Of a DNA stretch of 32,000 nt, positions 29,975 through 32,000 are shown one piece after another (within the stretch, counting starts at the first letter, position 1; every line of letters starts with the position of its first letter). Below the pieces are notes generated by a model. That model had not been told where the DNA came from and ran no database searches. It was given only the letters and a program-made list of their open reading frames with translations. The stretch spans positions 4,560,001-4,592,000 of the forward strand of contig NC_014148.1 of NCBI RefSeq assembly GCF_000092105.1, in the 5' to 3' direction. The DNA comes from Planctopirus limnophila DSM 3776 (lineage in GTDB: Bacteria; Planctomycetota; Planctomycetia; Planctomycetales; Planctomycetaceae). Both the position numbers and the translations under genes were made by a program.

Positions 29975-30925
29975 ATGTTCTATCGTTCGACCACCGATCA
30001 GCAATGGTCGCCGCTCGATCTCGAAAACCTCTACGCCGGACCGCAAGGTTCCGCCTGCTGGCTCTTAGGTGGCGGCCCTTCACTCACCACTCTTCCACTC
30101 GAAAAAATTCGCTCGTCGCTCGCTCCTATCATGGCCATCAACCTCGCAGGTCATGGCCACATCATCCCCGACTTCTGGACAGCCTACGACCCCACCACAC
30201 GCTTCCTCCCGGCCAACTATCGCACTCCCCGCACTCTCAAATTCATTCACAAAAGACGGGCCATGGATCTCCTTCCCGGCGACACCTTCAAACTCTGCGA
30301 ATGCCCAGGTGTGGTCTTCTTCGAACACGAAAAACGCAACCACTCCCGCTCCTTCTCGTCAGCCGCCACACGCATTCTCGACTGGAATGATTCCTTCATT
30401 CAGGCCCTCGATCTGCTCCTGCATCTCGGCTTTCGCACCATCTACCTCGCAGGCTGCGAACTCTACATCGCTCCCTCGACGGAACTCCAGCAACAGGCTC
30501 AGCAACACGGCCTCATTTATCAGCCCGGCCAATCGCTAAGGCTCTTTCTCGAAGCCTGCCGCAGCCAGGACATCGCCCCGGAACTCACGGAAACCGCCAT
30601 CACCGGCCCTCAATATCACTTTGATGAAGCCAAGCCCCTGGCAGCGACCCTTCGTACCGACGACCACTACCTGCGCACCGTTCAACTCCTCAGACTCTCA
30701 CGCCAGGCACTGACCCAAACGGGCCTGAAGCTCATCTCCGTCACACCTCACAGTCGCCTCAACGATTTCTTCCCCTATCAGACCATCGCACACGCCCTCG
30801 AAGATCTCGCCCACATCCAAGGCCCACCCGCACATCAGCAAACCCGCGGCCTCTACACCGGCCAACCCATCCTGGCCCCACAACTCACCTGCCCCATGCG
30901 CGACCTCAAAGCCCCCATCGCGTAA
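29975..30925 (+). CDS. DUF115 / MptE-like (Maf-type) putative glycosyltransferase
   Basis: CWLLGGGPSLTTL...APIMAINLAGHGHIIPDFWTAYDP and FIQALDLLLHLGFRTIYLAGCEL match the GxGPSL ... PD..v..D ... G.D layout. That layout is shared by DUF115 motility-accessory-factor and sialyltransferase-like enzymes. Confidence 0.55.
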   Translation: MFYRSTTDQQWSPLDLENLYAGPQGSACWLLGGGPSLTTLPLEKIRSSLAPIMAINLAGHGHIIPDFWTAYDPTTRFLPANYRTPRTLKFIHKRRAMDLLPGDTFKLCECPGVVFFEHEKRNHSRSFSSAATRILDWNDSFIQALDLLLHLGFRTIYLAGCELYIAPSTELQQQAQQHGLIYQPGQSLRLFLEACRSQDIAPELTETAITGPQYHFDEAKPLAATLRTDDHYLRTVQLLRLSRQALTQTGLKLISVTPHSRLNDFFPYQTIAHALEDLAHIQGPPAHQQTRGLYTGQPILAPQLTCPMRDLKAPIA

Positions 30926-31267
30926 GGAGTCACCAGCATGCGTTTCACCTTCTGACGCGTGACGAGACATGGGGTATTCGGTATTTGGAATTTGGGTGGC
31001 ACGTCCCTGAAGGCTTTGCGAAAGGGCGTGGTCTTTAGGTTTTTCTACATCAACTCTGATGTCCAGCCGCTTGGCCCGTCCAACTGCCCCTCTGGAACCC
31101 TCGCCCGGTCTTCCGGGAGAGGGCAGGGTGAGGGTCTTCTGCCTTTGTTGTAGGGTGCCATGCAGCACCAGCGGAATGCACCACCTTCCTGCCTTCCCAC
31201 CTCATTCCCTTCTTGCCTTTCCGACCTTCCTCTCTTCCAACCTTCTTCCCTTCTCCGGCCCCCGTTC
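30926..31267. repeat. Spacer S7, a composite of repeat modules
   Basis: Contents in order: module D (31087-31140), module E (31149-31182, tgtagggtgccatgcagcaccagcggaatgcacc), and a C/T tract (31183-31260) ending 8 nt before the ATG at 31268. Confidence 0.85.
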
Positions 31268-31975
31268 ATGCACAACCCCCTCGCCCGCCAGGTGACAGTC
31301 GTCATCCCGGTCTATGGCAGCCTCGATCATCTCCAGAAATGCCTCACTTCACTCCTCGCCTGGCATCATGTTCCCATCGTCGTCATCGATGACGGAAACC
31401 CACCCGGCACACTCCAGCACTTCGCCTCAATGCCCGGCTTGAAAATCATCCGGCAACCCCATTGCGGCGTCACCCAGGCCTGGAACAACGGCATCGCCGT
31501 CGTCCGCACACCCCTCGTCATCCTGCTCAACAGCGATGTCATCACCAGCGGCCCCTGGATCGACCAGATCCTCGCACCACTGCAGAAGTCAGAATCACCA
31601 CACTTTGTGCCCGCTCAACTCACTGGTGCTGCCTGGCAATCGCCCACTGCCTCAGCCAGTGTCGGCATGCCGGCCCAAAGCCTGCTCGCCGGCTGGTGCC
31701 TCGCCTTCCGCAAGTCACTCTGGCACTACTTAAGACACTTCGACGAACGCTTCCGTCACTGGTATTCCGATACCGATTTCCAAAAGCGTCTGCTGGCCAG
31801 CTCCTCCGCAGATCACACTTCCACAAGTCCTATCCGCTGCATCGACACACTCCCATTGAGTCACGCACTCCACGCCTCGACCCGACATCTCCCCGCTCGC
31901 TCACAACTCTACGCTCTCGATCGAACCGCTTACTTCCAGAAGTGGCAGCCTGAAGGCCATCGACCATGCACCTGA
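31268..31975 (+). CDS. GT2-family glycosyltransferase
   Basis: VTVVIPVYGSLDHLQKCLTSL, VVIDDGNP, GVTQAWNNG and ILLNSDV (DxD-like) give a GT-A fold signature. I chose the ATG at 31268; the 36 codons upstream in ORF 31160..31975 are repeat-derived. Confidence 0.7.
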   Translation: MHNPLARQVTVVIPVYGSLDHLQKCLTSLLAWHHVPIVVIDDGNPPGTLQHFASMPGLKIIRQPHCGVTQAWNNGIAVVRTPLVILLNSDVITSGPWIDQILAPLQKSESPHFVPAQLTGAAWQSPTASASVGMPAQSLLAGWCLAFRKSLWHYLRHFDERFRHWYSDTDFQKRLLASSSADHTSTSPIRCIDTLPLSHALHASTRHLPARSQLYALDRTAYFQKWQPEGHRPCT

Positions 31976-32000
31976 TTCAAGTCATCAACGTCGGCCAGAT
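31966..32000 (+). CDS. Start of a further ORF, truncated by the window end
   Basis: atgcacctga overlaps the GT2 stop codon and reads MHLIQVINVGQ. Only 11 codons are visible, so no function can be assigned. Confidence 0.3.
   Translation, partial: MHLIQVINVGQ

Noticed and set aside
22876-31267. CRISPR-like impression from repeated sequences alternating with unique DNA.
   Set aside because: The repeats are heterogeneous modules of different lengths at irregular spacing. The segments between them are protein-coding genes, and no cas genes are present.

Overview
This looks like chromosomal DNA from a roughly 55% GC bacterium with few Shine-Dalgarno sequences. Gene content and repeat style fit Planctomycetota, but that is inference only. 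All homology calls come from motifs read by eye; no searches were run.

Bases 1-17.5 kb hold ordinary host genes:
- pyruvate dehydrogenase E1 and E2 (aceE, aceF)
- an OxyR-type LysR regulator
- two SRPBCC/Aha1-like proteins flanking a GQSNM-motif carbohydrate esterase
- a large SNF2 helicase with a SWIM zinc finger
- a STAS-like protein
- an abutting GT2 plus GT39/ArnT-like glycosyltransferase pair
- a secreted protein
- ilvE

From 17.75 kb to the window end there is a single-strand tailed-phage head-tail module. In order it encodes portal, protease-scaffold, decoration-like protein, major capsid, several head-tail joining proteins, tail tube, a short tape measure, a Dit-like protein and a hub/fibre protein. 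The last of these carries a long acidic Ser/Thr-rich tail. A Maf/DUF115-like enzyme and a GT2 glycosyltransferase follow it.

The module starts directly beside ilvE. No terminase, integrase, replication gene or endolysin is visible in the window. Seven of its intergenic spacers are unusually long. They are built from shared repeat modules, some of which also occur in host intergenic regions at 4.4-4.65, 7.85 and 16.2-16.6 kb. These spacers also carry gene-strand polypyrimidine tracts just upstream of start codons.

The main candidates for something new are:
1. a domesticated, GTA-like particle locus
2. an O-glycosylated, mucin-like tail appendage
3. the polypyrimidine and palindrome spacer architecture
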